Assembly (NCBI RefSeq): GCF_964194155.1
Contig: NC_135885.1
Coordinates: 126,976,001-127,040,000 of the forward strand
Reading direction: 5' to 3'
Length of the DNA stretch: 64,000 nucleotides
From: Cetorhinus maximus
Lineage: Eukaryota
Numbering within the stretch: position 1 is the first letter of the stretch; each line of letters opens with the position of its first letter. The notes under the pieces were generated by a model that did no database searches, was not told the DNA's origin, and saw nothing but the letters and a program-made list of their open reading frames with translations. Shown here in pieces: positions 1 through 12,568 of this stretch. The position numbers and the translations under genes are program-made.

Positions 1-603
1 CACACCATCTGGTCAATTAACACCAGCTAGCATGAAAGGCGCTCTGAAATGCACAGCGCTGCCGGGGTAGGGGCGGGAGGAGGGCGAGCGCAGAGGTCTG
101 CATATGCGCAGGGGAATGCGCACTGAAAGCTCCCCGAGGGTACAGAGCTACCTCAGGGAGCTGAAGAAGTGGAGAAACAAAAATAAAGACTTTGAAGATG
201 ATATAAACATGTCCCCGCATGTGACTCAGTCCCATGAAGAAGGACGTGTTTAAAATGATGATGAAAAATGCTTAATGGATTTTTATTTACCGTTGGAAAC
301 CTCATCCCACCCATGGATGAAGTTTCATTTAAAATGCAAAGGCCGCCTGGCCTATTCACCCCCCCGCCGACCGAATGGTTGAACGGGCAGTAAAAAAATA
401 CAAATTAATTAATTGCTTAAGGGCCTTAATAGGCCTCTTAATTTTTGGCAGGCGTGCTGCCGACTCTCGTGTGTGCCCACCGACCGAAAGGCCGCGAGAG
501 TGAGCGACAACATCGGGATACTCGCCCGACATCATTGCGCATGACTTTGCACTCGATCGGGTTGGCCTCGCGCCCGTCCGCCTGACAAGCATAAAATTCA
601 GCC
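1..603. mobile_element. Right end of a PIF/Harbinger-family DNA transposon (runs off the window start)
   Basis: Ends in ATAAAATTCAGCC, matching the termini at 20525-20538 and 58731-58743. The CpG-rich subterminal region 420-600 aligns by eye with 20360-20538. Confidence 0.75.
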
Positions 604-996
604 TCATGACGTTAAAATAATAAAAAGTATAACTTTTAAAGTTTGTATACGATATTTCAGCTTCTACCATAATCTCATGAGTACATCCCAATCTTTATTT
701 CACTTCCTGTAAAATGATTAAAAAGTGAACTGGAGCCTGTTCTTCTTACTTCCCAGTTTGTGGTATGTAAGGATTCCTCAATCTTATTGGCTGCTGCCTC
801 TGTTTGATGATTCAGCTGATGCTGAACAACACAGATCCTCAAGAGATGAAGTAAGATTGAAAGTCACATTGCAATATGGGAAATTCAAACTTCAAAGTCT
901 GTAAAATCTTTGTGGGCAGCTTTGTGAGCACTGTCCCTTTAGCACAGCTCACTAAATCTGGGCCTATTTTTTGGTACAATCATGCTTTATATAAAA

Positions 997-1120
997 TGGC
1001 GACCATACTTGCCTACATATCAACGATCACTGGACTTCAGTGTAGTTTTCTTAATATGAGGCATTTTTACATGCTTCTGAAAGGTTTGATAAGGTGCTAC
1101 GTAATTGCATTTCTCTCTCT
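997..1120 (+). mobile_element. Degenerate 3' tail of a DeuSINE/L2-type retroposon
   Basis: TGGCGACCATACTTGCCTACATATCAACGATCAC...AAGGTGCTACGTAATTGCATTTCTCT resembles the reverse complement of the SINE tail at 20765-20880. Confidence 0.5.
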
Positions 1121-4100
1121 ATTCCTTTGGTGTACAAAATGACTAGGCAATGGACTGTTCATGTCAACATACATCTTTAATTTCACAGAATGAGTTTTAT
1201 GTTAAAATAACTCCTTGCTTTTTCTACTGGACAAAAGTTTTATTTGATTGGGGGGGAAAAATATATTTTATTGTATGGCAAATAATCCAGGATCATCTGG
1301 AAATCAGGAATTTCAGAAAGCAAATCCCATAAAAGTAAAAACACTCTTTTTCCTACTTCTCACACACTCCATTAGCAATATGATGTCTAATCCGGGACTG
1401 AAAATCCCAAGGGGCCTACTGATTTCCATCACGGAATTCCCATTGTGTACTCCTGGCAGATGAAGCTCCATACCAGATTTCCAAACTCATAAAATCTTCC
1501 TTAAGAAGATTTATTTCTTATAGGATTAAATACGTAAGGTTGAATTATTCATTTCAGTTTGATAAATATCAGATTCTGATAGTATGATGCCAACAAATCA
1601 TTGGTATATGTACTAACAGATCAAGTGCAGCATTCATCAGGGTGCTGAAGAGCATGTGTGTCTGGCATAACCAAGCTTGAGGGGGAAAGGTAGGATGGAG
1701 GCCTAAAGCTCAGACTAGATTGGTTGCTAGGTTATTATTGAGAGCTAGGGAGAACTGGGGCTGGCTATTGGAGAGATGGACTGACTTACAGAAGAAACAA
1801 ATTCAATACAAATAAATGTTAAGCTTAGGAATGAAGTTTAATTGGCCTGAGAGAGTAGCACAATTGGGCATAAAGAGGAAATTGGGTGCTGGATCTATAA
1901 ATCAACAAGAAGCTTTTGCAGGTTGAAAGGTCTTTTAGCATATTATAAATTAAATTGCTGATTTTTGCATAGCCTGCCATTTTATTTCAGGGAGGATTTG
2001 ATGGATTTATTCACCTCAGGATTCCCAATATTGAAATTAATTTTGTCAAAAGCTTTCCTCTCAGGTTAAATCTGGGCTGGGAATGTGAAGGCTGCTTTGA
2101 TTTTTTTTCTGTTCAAATGCGATTTGGAGGAGCTTTTGTTTTGCTTCTGAATGATGGCGCTGTTATGTTTTTGGGGTGAGGGCAGTGGAATGTGACAGGG
2201 GAGAATACCAAGACTGGAGGAAAAGAGTTCCGTGTAATCTGATGAGAGGATAAGGAAAGTAGAAAATAGCTAAGCAATAAAGGTGAAAAAATCAACCAAT
2301 GAGCAAGAAGGAAACATGACAGGCAGACCTGATAGACACAATGTACCCACCTCCATAAAATTTTATTGCAAAGCTGTGTGTGAAATAGTGAGGAAAATCA
2401 AATAGGGTGTAAAGTGAGTAGCCAATTCACTAACACCATTTTTGAATCTCCGCCAATGTTGAATTTCACCCTTAAGTTGTTACAGAAGCTTTTATTTTGT
2501 TTTACTGCATACTGGATACACAGCAAAAATATATAATGTCTAATGAGCCCTTTCACATACAGGGTCAATATCTGACACTGCAGTCAATGGAAAGCTTTTT
2601 TAGCAGTTCAGTCATTTTGATTGAAATGTTCACCTACAGGCATGTTACACAAGGAGATAATGTTATACTTCTGATACTTTAATCATGTTCTTTGACATTC
2701 CCAATTAGTTACACCGTTTTTAAAATCATTTTCAGTTGATTGAGTACATGATTCATTTGGTGTCATAATTAATGCTTATTTATACATTTGATAATGAACT
2801 CCTATTGAATGAATGACTTGACTTGAATGACTTAAAAAGAAACCCTGAAAGTTTCATCAAAGTGGCCCCATGTAACTCATCTCTGAGTTATCTTTCCAGC
2901 AGCCAAACCATTTGGACATTGTTGGGGTTTGTACATTGCTACAAGAGTCTTCAAGGTGACTAATTGTGCGGCACCAATACAAAGCATGAAATATTTCCTG
3001 ATAAAATGTAATTTCTGGAGATTTCATTGGTACACAGCTAGTGTTGTGTCAGCACTCCTAGTTCTGCTTTTCAAATTTAACTATCTGTTTCACGGTTTAA
3101 ATTTTGTCTGATTTATTGAGAACTTCCATTTGAAACAAAAAACAATAATTTGCTGCATCATTCGAGCTTTTGTTAAAATATCCGCTATTTCATTTAATGC
3201 AGCTCAGCAGTTACTCTGTACAGTCATGTGGAATACATCCTCTTTGATCATGGGCTGTGTTGGCAGCGACATGCTTGACGCCCAGAGTGGTGCACATGTC
3301 TGCTTCATATCTGTTTTAGCCCATAGAGATCATTGGTTTGGAGTTTCCATTTGATTGCACAGGTTTTTCAGCACAATTTGCCTGACATTGGTGTAACCAG
3401 AGCAAAAGATCGCAGAGTTGCAAACGCAAAAGTTTCTGCACAAGGAGGAGTCCCAGACCACAACTACATCCCCAAGATGAATTAATCACCATTGGGAGCT
3501 TCTGCTAATTGCGCTAGCTTGCAGGCAGTTGAGGAGCTCCCAAAAATTAGGCTGCTCCTTCTTGCGTGAAAGGTCAATGATACAGATATATTTTAAAAGG
3601 TTTTGAGTCTTTTTTTAATTTGCTGAGGCTCTGATTACTGTATCCCAACCTAATTAGAAAATAGTTGTGTATTTTTTTACGCAATTATCAGTAATTTAAA
3701 ATAAGGTTAAAACCAGTGGCACGTTGATACTCTGATCAAAAAATGCTTACCTTTGTGAATAATCTATTTTCTGCTGAATAAATTAAACTGCACCAAGATA
3801 TCGTTCTTAAATATATCAAAGAATAGTATGTGGAGCAATATTTTCCTCAAAAGAATTATATTTTATAACACTGCCTGATTGCGCTGGATCACATCAGATT
3901 GTGCCTTCGACGATAGGTAAATCGGTTTGAGTGGAAACCGCGAAAAGACACCTTTCAAAACGAGTGCAATTTTGTTTGCAGATTGCACCGGAATCATTAA
4001 TTGCACACAAAGTGGAAACTCCACGTAATTATGTCTAAGAAATTGTTTTTCGAAGCACATGTGGTTAATGCTGAATATGTTTATAGAGTGTAAATATTAC

Positions 4101-4394
4101 TGAGATTCATTATGACCAGCCTATGACATTTCCATCAATATGCCTGAGCCCTGGGTACTGCTGCAACTTTCTCTAATTAGTTTATGGGAGCTCAATTGCA
4201 TAGCCCCTGAAATGGGCGCAGGCACCCGCAGTACGTAGTTAACTCATGCCCGTCAATTGAAATGTTGGCAGCCTGTCAACGTTATAAAGCCAGGGATAAT
4301 TATGCAGTCCTTTCACTGCATGCATCAGCAGGGAGTCCAAAATTGTAACTCCCTAGCATTGCTTAAAACCAGCCTGCACCTCTTAAAGGGGAAG

Positions 4395-4931
4395 TGGGGT
4401 AATGAAATAATTTGATATTAAAACTGATATTAAGATGTGCATTAACAGCTTTAAAAATAGATGAATGTAGTTGTTAGCATTAATAGCTTGAAATGTAGTT
4501 GTGAGAGCTCATTCTAAGCTTGATGGGAAATATAGCCAACACATAGGAATGATGGGTATGGTACTGAGGGAACCCAACTAATAATCACAAGTCATAAAAA
4601 GTAATGACCTTCACAGGATGGGTAAACAAATGTTAGAGTGATAAGAGCGTAGCCTGGGAGGCATTAGAACTGAGGCATTTCCCAGCCTCCCAGTGGGATA
4701 GCGAGACATCCGCACCCTGAATAATTCTGCTCATTGCGTATGTAACTGGGGGCTGTTCCAGGTAGTGTAGTGAAATTTGATAATTAAAAGATATAAATAT
4801 GCTACACAGGCCTTGTATTGTCGGAAATCCTTGGAAAAACAACCAAGATGATCTCCCCCACTATATGCTTGAATAAACCCTTTGCTTACTAGAAATTTAG
4901 ACTTGAGTGGTCTCATCTTTATACCACAACA
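4395..4931 (+). mobile_element. Solo-LTR-like insertion inside a Harbinger subterminal region
   Basis: TGGGGTA...TACCACA(ACA) ends, TATAAA near 4792 and AATAAA near 4872. Flanks are similar (AAAGGGGAAG / AAAGGGAGG). Confidence 0.45.
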
Positions 4932-5010
4932 AAAGGGAGGTGCATTGTGGCTTCTGCTGGTGTGGGAGTCATGTAGAAAGTGACTCTATCCTAGCTGGAA
5001 ACAGTGAGGA

Positions 5011-5240
5011 ATGGCACAACATAAGAGGGAGCAAGTTCCAGGTATTTTAGATGTCACACTGAAGGTCTTGGTGAAGGGCGAGAAAAGGGGGAGAGATATC
5101 CTGCCTGCAGTGGAGCAAAAGGCCTTCCAGATGTGCAGTCAACAGGTAATGGGTGCTATGAGTCAAGAAACTCCACTCACAAGCAAGTTTCAGTGTTGCA
5201 AGAAGTTCAATGACCTTACACCCCAGTGGTTGAAATCAAT
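5011..5240 (+). pseudogene. Myb/SANT-like DNA-binding domain remnant of a Harbinger transposon
   Basis: ORF 5011-5259 contains QCCKKFNDL, equivalent to QCRNRFNDL (about 16900) and QCCKRFNNL (about 58070) in the two larger Harbinger copies. Confidence 0.6.
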
Positions 5241-5559
5241 GAATGCCATATCCTACTAGCTCACACCAGGTCTGTCAGGTCAATGTGTCTGAGCAGAGCC
5301 CACTGCCTTGAAAGGCAGAAGTAGACATGAGTCCACTTATTCAGTGGTTAACTGGAATACAGAAGAGGAACAGCACGGAAAGCAGGACAACCAGCTGCAA
5401 GCAACATGGCACAGCAGACGGGTCAGTGAGGGAGAGGAGGCAGAAGAACATGCACCCCTTGTTGGAGCGGTTGTTGGCCGAAGGTTGGTTTCCTTGACAT
5501 CTTAGAGCCAGAGTGCAGTGGAAGGCTGCACCTCTCATGGGGGGGCGATCGCAGATATA

Positions 5560-6420
5560 TACGTACTTTAGGATGAGAATATCAGTCCCCAAAATGTGGA
5601 CACCCAGTGCCATGGCAGTGAAAGTCACAGTCACCCCAAATTTCCATGTTTCAGTCTTCTTTCAAGCATCAACTCCATATATTTTTCAACTCTCGCAGTC
5701 TCGCATGACGCAGGTGACAGAAGCCCTTTCCATGAGGACATCTAGCAAATCAACTTCTCCAAGAATGCTGCCAGTCAGGCCCAGATTTGCCTCAGTGGCA
5801 AGGTTCCCTCAAATGCAGGGTATGTAGACTGGGCCCATGTTGCCATTGAGGTGCAGTCGGACCAATGCATGGAAGAATTCGTGAATAGAAAGGACTTCTC
5901 CATGAACATGTAGCTTGTTTGCAATCACTGCAAAAGATTCATGCAAGTGTGCACAAGATTTCCTGACATTTTCCATACCTCATTCATCTTGAGACAGTCT
6001 CAGGTGCCTCAATTGTTCACCACCTGCCACACCTGCACCCCCCTAAACAAAGCCTCCATTCATTGTTGCTGGTTGACGAGGGATATCCCTTAAAGACATG
6101 GATCACAACCCCACTCTAGAACACAACTACAGGCACTGAGGAAAGGTGCAACTGCTGCCTTACCTCCACAAGAACAACTACTGAGCAGTCAATTAGTCTC
6201 CAAAAGATGCACTTACTGTGCCTTAATCAGTCTGGAGGAGCCCTGGTATACAGGCCAGGTATCGCACACTGTGGCACTGTGCTGCACATTGCAGAACATG
6301 ACAATGCAGAGAGGTGAGAAACGGGACCCACATGAAGCCCGTGAGTGCTCTGAACCCTTGGAAGAGGAGGAGGAGGAAGAGGAGGAGGAGGAGGAGGAGG
6401 GGGATGAAGAGGATGAGTAG
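5560..6420 (+). pseudogene. Harbinger DDE transposase (HARBI1-like), frameshifted
   Basis: Fragments MAVKVTV, RFASVARFPQMQG, FVNRKDF, LLVDEGYPLKTW, CCTLQN and a GAG-repeat acidic tail are colinear with the transposases at 18826-20022 and 54589-55822. Confidence 0.8.
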
Positions 6421-7490
6421 TTGGAGCTGCCAGTCCATGCTGAAGCGCCACTGAGGAGTGAGCCGGTGGACCTGAACAATGCATAATTCACCTACGAAGG
6501 ACCCCCTCCTACATTGGAGGGTTTCCATTCCACCACATTTGACATCCCAACTGGGGGCTGCCATTTCTTTATCAACATCAGTTCTCCCTGCCATACCTTT
6601 CACATAACCCTCACCAGTGCCACACCCATACTTTGTTCCTCCAATGGTAGCTTTCACTGAAATCACTGCACCTCTGGGTTCAAACCAGTGTTTGAAATAC
6701 TTCACAATGCAACCACATGACAATAAGGCGGTCAACCACATTTATTCTTTCATTCATTTGGAACATATGGAGCATCCCAGATTTGCACTAAGTGCGGTAG
6801 CAGGTTGGAAAAAGAACGCGTTACCTGCCGGCCGCAATGGTGGCTTTTCATGACTTATCGTCTCAATCCCGCCTCATTAATCATGCATTCCCAGGAAACA
6901 CGACATTTCGCTGGTGGGCGACCTCTGGTTCGCCCGCCACGCTGTCACCTCGCTGCTTCCTCACACCAGGTGCCAGATTTAAAGTCTAGCCACGTGCACA
7001 CCTCTCAGTGCTTCCAGCCCAGGGCTGCTGCACAGAAGACATGGCCCCAAAAGGCACAAAGACTGCAGCCCTCTGATTCAGTGACACATCCCTGGGATGC
7101 CTTTGGGACACCTTTGGAGCCCACCCTGATGTCCTCTACCCCCGCTCTGGCCGCAAGAGGCCCATCAGTGTCACCACTCTGATTTGGGAGGCGGTGGCAG
7201 TGGTGGTCAGTGCCAACACTGCACAGAAGAGGTTCACCATCCAGTGCAGAAAGAGGATGAATGATCTCATCCATGCCGCCAGGGTGAGGCAGCCATCTCA
7301 TCACTCTAAACTCACACACTCACAAGGCCATCACACATTCACCGGCATTTCAATCACTGCCAGCTCAAGGGGCATCACCATTCAATCTCGCACATACCCT
7401 CACACCTCCATCTGGCCTAATCTCCTCTGGAGATTGCCTCCTCAGCCTTGGCCCTCTTGAGGCCACTTGCAAAAATCAACATGTGTGCCC

Positions 7491-7562
7491 TTTCAGGGAG
7501 ATATAATAATTCTCAAAATGTTATATTGGAATTTATTGTAAAATAGTGGGGGGGGGGCGGGT

Positions 7563-7594
<32 letters not shown>

Positions 7595-8360
7595 GACTTC
7601 ATTGGATTAAAGGCAGCTGGCCTTAAGGCTTTGATGTAAACATGGTAAACATAGGGGAAGTTTAGAGTGTAAGGTGTAAAATGATATTTGCATTTTTGAA
7701 TAAACCAGACTAGATTGTTTCCAAAGGAGGGGTGAAATGTGTCAGCTAGCCAGGTGAGGTTTAGAAACAGTGTGTTTTATTATTCCCAAACATTACTGGT
7801 AAGACTTAGTGCTACGGGAGATTTTTATTATCAGGAGGTAAAATCCAAAGACATAGTGAGACAAAGGGTATTTGCATTCAAAGGAGAAAATATAAGGAGC
7901 GTAGGCTGTGTGTAAGGGTAGGCATTTTTTTAAGATTTAACAAGTGTGAAATACTTTCAGCCTGTATGTACCAAACTGCTGCCTCCAGGGACTGAAGTTA
8001 AGAGAACTCACTTTGAATCTGACTGTTCAGGGTATCGTTTACTTTGCCTGTGTCTTTTAAAATCTGTATGTTTTACTGTTGCCTTAACAAAGGTGTAACT
8101 GGGAATCAGGTTAACTAGGGGATTAAAAAGTTATTGTAGCAATAATTTTAGACATATGTATGTGCTTATAATCTTTTATTTTATTTATAAATGTTTAATT
8201 TAGTTTTATAAAAACCTCTTAAGACTCGGTGGTCTTATTATTACTGAATTCAAAGCCTGCATCTTGAAACATTCAAATTGAACATTAGTTGTGGCAGTTG
8301 TTTCAAGTTTCCCTCTGGGATATGAACAGCTCAGCATTTACCATCTGCTTTGTCATAACA
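7491..8360 (+). mobile_element. Solo LTR (related to 22343-23260)
   Basis: Ends GTCATAACA. Its start aligns with the reverse complement of the 23260 end of the other copy. Contains an internal (GT)n tract. Flanks GCCC/CCCC are an imperfect 4-bp TSD. Confidence 0.7.
7561..7596. repeat. (GT)n microsatellite within the LTR
   Basis: Directly visible dinucleotide run. Confidence 0.95.
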
Positions 8361-9869
8361 CCCCACACACACCCTGGGATCCCCCTCTTCCCAGTAATTC
8401 CCTCACCCTGCAGCCTCTTCCCTTGCCTGAGGCCACATACCCCCCTTTCCCAAGCAAGCCATAGCCCTGCAGCCATTGAAAAGCCACCCCTCCTCATGGC
8501 TGGTCTCGTAAGTAGAGACCTGGCCATGAGCTCCCCTAAAAGTGATGTTGTGCTGCCAGCAAAGCCTGGCGCTGATTACCGCAAGTGCTGCCCAAAGCAA
8601 GGTATGCAAACAAACCTCAAAGTGGAGTGCAGCCCGCCGGGCACACGTTGCTTATGTATAGTTGTGAAATATTCGGCGTGCAATCACGGATGATCCAACA
8701 GGGGGGGAGCTGGTCTTATAATGATATGTAGATGTGCTACAATAAAGCTCTTGCCGTCTGATGGCAAGAAACGTGACCCGCCATTGACGGGCAGAGCGGA
8801 CGAATGCAAATTGGTTTCAAGACATTGTGAAACCGACATTTGGTCTTCTTGCTTTTTTGCCTGCTCATACAGCCAAACACACCTGCCGACAATGGGCACA
8901 GAAAATTTCGCTTGTAATATTTGCACTTTATGACATGATGCTGCCCAAGTGAAATCCACAATGGTGCTAATGAAATTTGTGGGTTCTTTTTCTCAAGCTT
9001 CTATGTGGTGCTCCCCTCCTGGGTGAAGCACATGTTGAGGCAACTTGCTTTTTCCCTGATCTGGCTGCAATCCTCTGTGTTTCAGTGCCTGTTAGGGGAC
9101 ATCAACAGACTATGCCTCCTGAACCTGTGCAGGGGCAGCCTTTGACATGGGGGCAGGAAGCAGCGAGTGTGTCCCTGTCAGCTAATTAGTTCCAGCCAAT
9201 GACCGTGGGATGTCTTCAGGCTGCGCCCTACTGCCACGAGGCTTGCCCTCAGCCTAAACCCTTTTAGAGCACAATTAGCAGCTATTCAGGAGCGGGAGAG
9301 TACCTGGCTGCATTTTCATGCCACTGTAACGCCATTACTGTAATGACACATCATTGAGGCCACTTTGCCTCCAACCTGTTCCTTCCTTGAATTCCCCACA
9401 GTCAGCACCATCCCTCTGCATGCAGCAGAAGTTATAAATGCCATATGGCCTATAAATTGCCCTCCCAATTTCCAGCTCCTGCCACCCGAACCTGCCTGCT
9501 GATCCTAACTGGATGGTGAACACGATGGTGACCAGTTAATTGTCCGCCTCCCATAAGATCTGGACAACGGTGACATGTGACACACAAGTGGGGTCAGGAC
9601 CCGGAATTGGCCCCGGCGGGAAAATCAAATCTGTATCGGTAAGCCTCAGTCCATTGTGTCAAAACTCAGATAGCCAGGTGGTGAAGGATAGAATGCCAGA
9701 GCCTAGTCTTTATTCACTTACAAGATTTTATTTACAGAGAGACACGTTCATACTGTGAACCTCCCATTAAAGCCTGCCTTTCAGCATGCTCTTTGGCACA
9801 GGTGAGTGCCCAATTAATACCAACCACCTGCATACAATTAACATCCAATTGATGTACAATTAATACATC

Positions 9870-10440
9870 AGGCGGCCACTGAATGAAGACATCGAGTGCT
9901 GCTAGGATACTGGCCATTGACGTGTGTGATTAACTGTTTATTGTCACATGCTAGCTGGGTGTTGATAGACTGCAATCCCTTTTGGTTCTGATTTATGGCA
10001 GAGGTACCATTTGGTGACCACAAAACAACAGACATGAAGCCAGTGGCACCCTGCATTATTGGAAAGGCTGCAAACTTATCAAAGCCATATGATTGCTCAG
10101 CCTGCTGGCCTCTGACAGAAATAATTGCATAGTTCTCTTTGAATAGAGGGCCTCAGCCCCCTCTTACACAATAGCAAACTTTGAGATGTTCCAAATATCT
10201 CCAGCTCCAGCCTGGAAGATCCAGAGACATAAACATTCATCGCTTCAGTTACCTTCACAACCACTGGCAGTCCTTGCCCTTGCTACTTGGAGGATGCAGT
10301 TGTAGCTGCAGCAGGTGGCAGATTTCAGTGAGGAAGCCCTTATTGAAGTGGAAACGTCTCACACATTGTTCCTCACAGAGGTTCAGGTGTGGCCTCCTGC
10401 TGAGAGCTCGTGTCCCCTACATCCTCTTTCTCCCCTCTTC
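9870..10440 (-). pseudogene. Second, more diverged Harbinger transposase fragment (N-terminal half)
   Basis: The minus strand gives LCEEQCVRRFHF, LPVVVKVT, FPIMQGA and NQKGLQSINTQLACDNKQLITHVNGQYPSS, equivalent to [16 protein letters not shown]...ARYPGS. Confidence 0.7.
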
Positions 10441-11033
10441 TCAAAGTTGTCCTCCTCTGCCTGACCTTTGTTTACTGCCCAAGCCAAGGGGAATACCTAC
10501 TACAGCACCCGTGAGTGGGTGCAACTGGTTTGGACAGAAGCTTTGATGAAAAAGTTAATCGGCACATGTCACAACCACTCCCTTCAGACCTTTGAAACTC
10601 GAAAGAAATATTGAAAGCACCACACACTAGTAGAATCAGTGCCACAGCCAGAATCAATTAACATGCAACTAATCTGTGAGTGCCAGTGATCCCTTTAAAT
10701 AGCATTGACGTGAGGTGCTTCTTGCTGTTTACTGCCTGTTCAGCTGTGCGAGGTTAAGAGAGGGTGCTGGTTGGACAGCAGAGCTCCAAAATAGCAGCAC
10801 TGATGTGAATGCTGATTGACATCATGATCGGCCTGCCCTTGTACATCCAGTGAGCATTAGCTGCACATGCACAAAATCCCTCATCAAGATACAGCCCAGT
10901 GCCATTCATCCCATTGAGCGCAATGGAAACCATTTCAGTCCCAGAACGGCATCAGTAGTGAACAAAGAATGACTGCTACCAAGTCCAATTTCATGCCTAC
11001 TACCTCTGTAAAATGTAGCACAATTTTATCGAA

Positions 11034-11490
11034 TGGTAACCATGGAACCATGGAAAAGTTACAGTGCAGAAAGAGGCCATTCAGCTCATGGTGCCTGCAC
11101 CAGCCAAATAGAGAAAAAAAGAAACTAGTTGCTCATTTGAATCCTACTTTCCAGCACCTGGTCCATAGCCTTGCAGGTTACAGCACTTCAGATGTAGATT
11201 GAGGTACCTTTTAGATAGGTTGGACATTTCAGCCTCAATCACCAACTTAGGTAGTGAATTCCAGATGCCCACCACTCTCTGGGTTGGTCTCCTCATGTCA
11301 CCACTAATCCTTCTACCAATCACCTTAATTCTATGCCCCCTGGTAATTGACCCCTCAGCTAGGGGAAACAAGTCTTTCCTGTCCACCCTATCTAGGCCCC
11401 TCATCATTTTGTACATCTCAATTAGGTCACCACTTAGTCTTCTCTATTCGAAGGAAAACAGTCCTAGCCTATCCAATCTCTCCGCATAGC
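11034..11490 (-). mobile_element. CR1 LINE 3' fragment
   Basis: ORF 11144-11416 (YKMMRGLDRVD...LFPL...TRGH...TQRVVGIWNSLP) is the typical CR1 ORF2 C-terminus, followed by 3' UTR. Confidence 0.9.
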
Positions 11491-11626
11491 TGCTAACATC
11501 CATGATTGTACATCATTTGTACATAATTGAACTGTGGGTTGGCTGGTGACATATTTTAACAAAATAAATCAGTTCTTTCCATTTGTTCATTTGTTCAGTT
11601 TGTTACCTCGGCGACATTGCGCTCAT

Positions 11627-11797
11627 CTATCACCCCCAACATCTCACCCCTTCTCACAGCACCTTCCCATGGAATCGCAGGAGGTGTAACACCTGCCCCT
11701 TTACCTCCTCTCTCCTCACTGTCCAAGACCCCAAACACTCCTTCCAGGTGAAGCAGCAATTTACTGTTACTTCTTTCAATTTAGTCTACTGTATTCT
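11627..11797 (+). mobile_element. Penelope-like element fragment (start of the GIY-YIG region)
   Basis: RRRCNTCPFTSSLLTVQDPKHSFQVKQQFTVTSFNLVYCI is near-identical to 48190-48310. Confidence 0.85.
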
Positions 11798-12568
11798 GTT
11801 AAAAAATGAAAACTTACCTGGTTCCAGGTGGAGGCCGAGGACTCCATTTCCCAGCAGGCCTAGGAGTTCTGGGCATGCACGGAGCGCGATTGGATGACAG
11901 ACTTCGCATGCTTTGTTCTTTTTTTAGCTAAAGGGCTCAGCCATTTGGGACACCGGGAATATGCCTGTGCGGCGTGATAGCAATGACCACAGGACTCCGG
12001 TTTTGGTGCCATATCTAGGGAAGTCCTGGGACAGAGAGAAGGGAGCCAGAGAGACGCCCCAGGGAGAGGGGGACCAGAAAGGGAGACCACCTGGTAGGAA
12101 CTACCAAGGAGAGAAACCATTAGGGAGAGGAGCAAAGGAAGAGGCTTCAGCTTGCAGAAGTGTTGCTGTTGGCAGGCTCAAAGTAGTGAGGGTTCAGGAG
12201 AAGCCCTGGAAAGTGAAATGGCAGCAGAAAGTTGGTAATTCCATTCTGTAAACTGTTGGGGCAAAGGTAACTTTTTGGAGCACTGGTGTTCTGTCTGGTG
12301 TGGCTGAAGAGCTGGAGCTATGCCAGTGGCTTGGTGCTGGAGTGCAGCCTCGGGAAGCCACTGGAATGTAGCCTCAGGAGAAGGGACTGAACTAGCAGGA
12401 AGTGAGCAGTTGTTGAGGCAGTCCGAGTTGAAGCAACTTTTGGAGGGAATTCAGGGGCTAGATCTTCAAAAGTGAAGACGTAAAATCTCTCATTGGGGAA
12501 ACAGAGTTTTAATGAGATTGTGTAACTCACAGCGGACACTGACGTCTGGGTGGGTTGCAATGCAAACT
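11798..12568. mobile_element. Unclassified, possibly LTR-like insertion inside the Penelope-like element
   Basis: Starts abruptly with TGTT inside the Penelope coding region. No recognisable domain. Confidence 0.3.

Larger units (their letters stand above)
6775..8905 (+). mobile_element. Non-autonomous Harbinger derivative with a Myb/SANT exon remnant, interrupted by a solo LTR
   Basis: 7185-7285 encodes WEAVAVVVSANTAQKRFTIQCRKRMNDLIHAAR followed by a GTGAG donor. Subterminal regions are CpG-rich. Boundaries are approximate. Confidence 0.6.
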
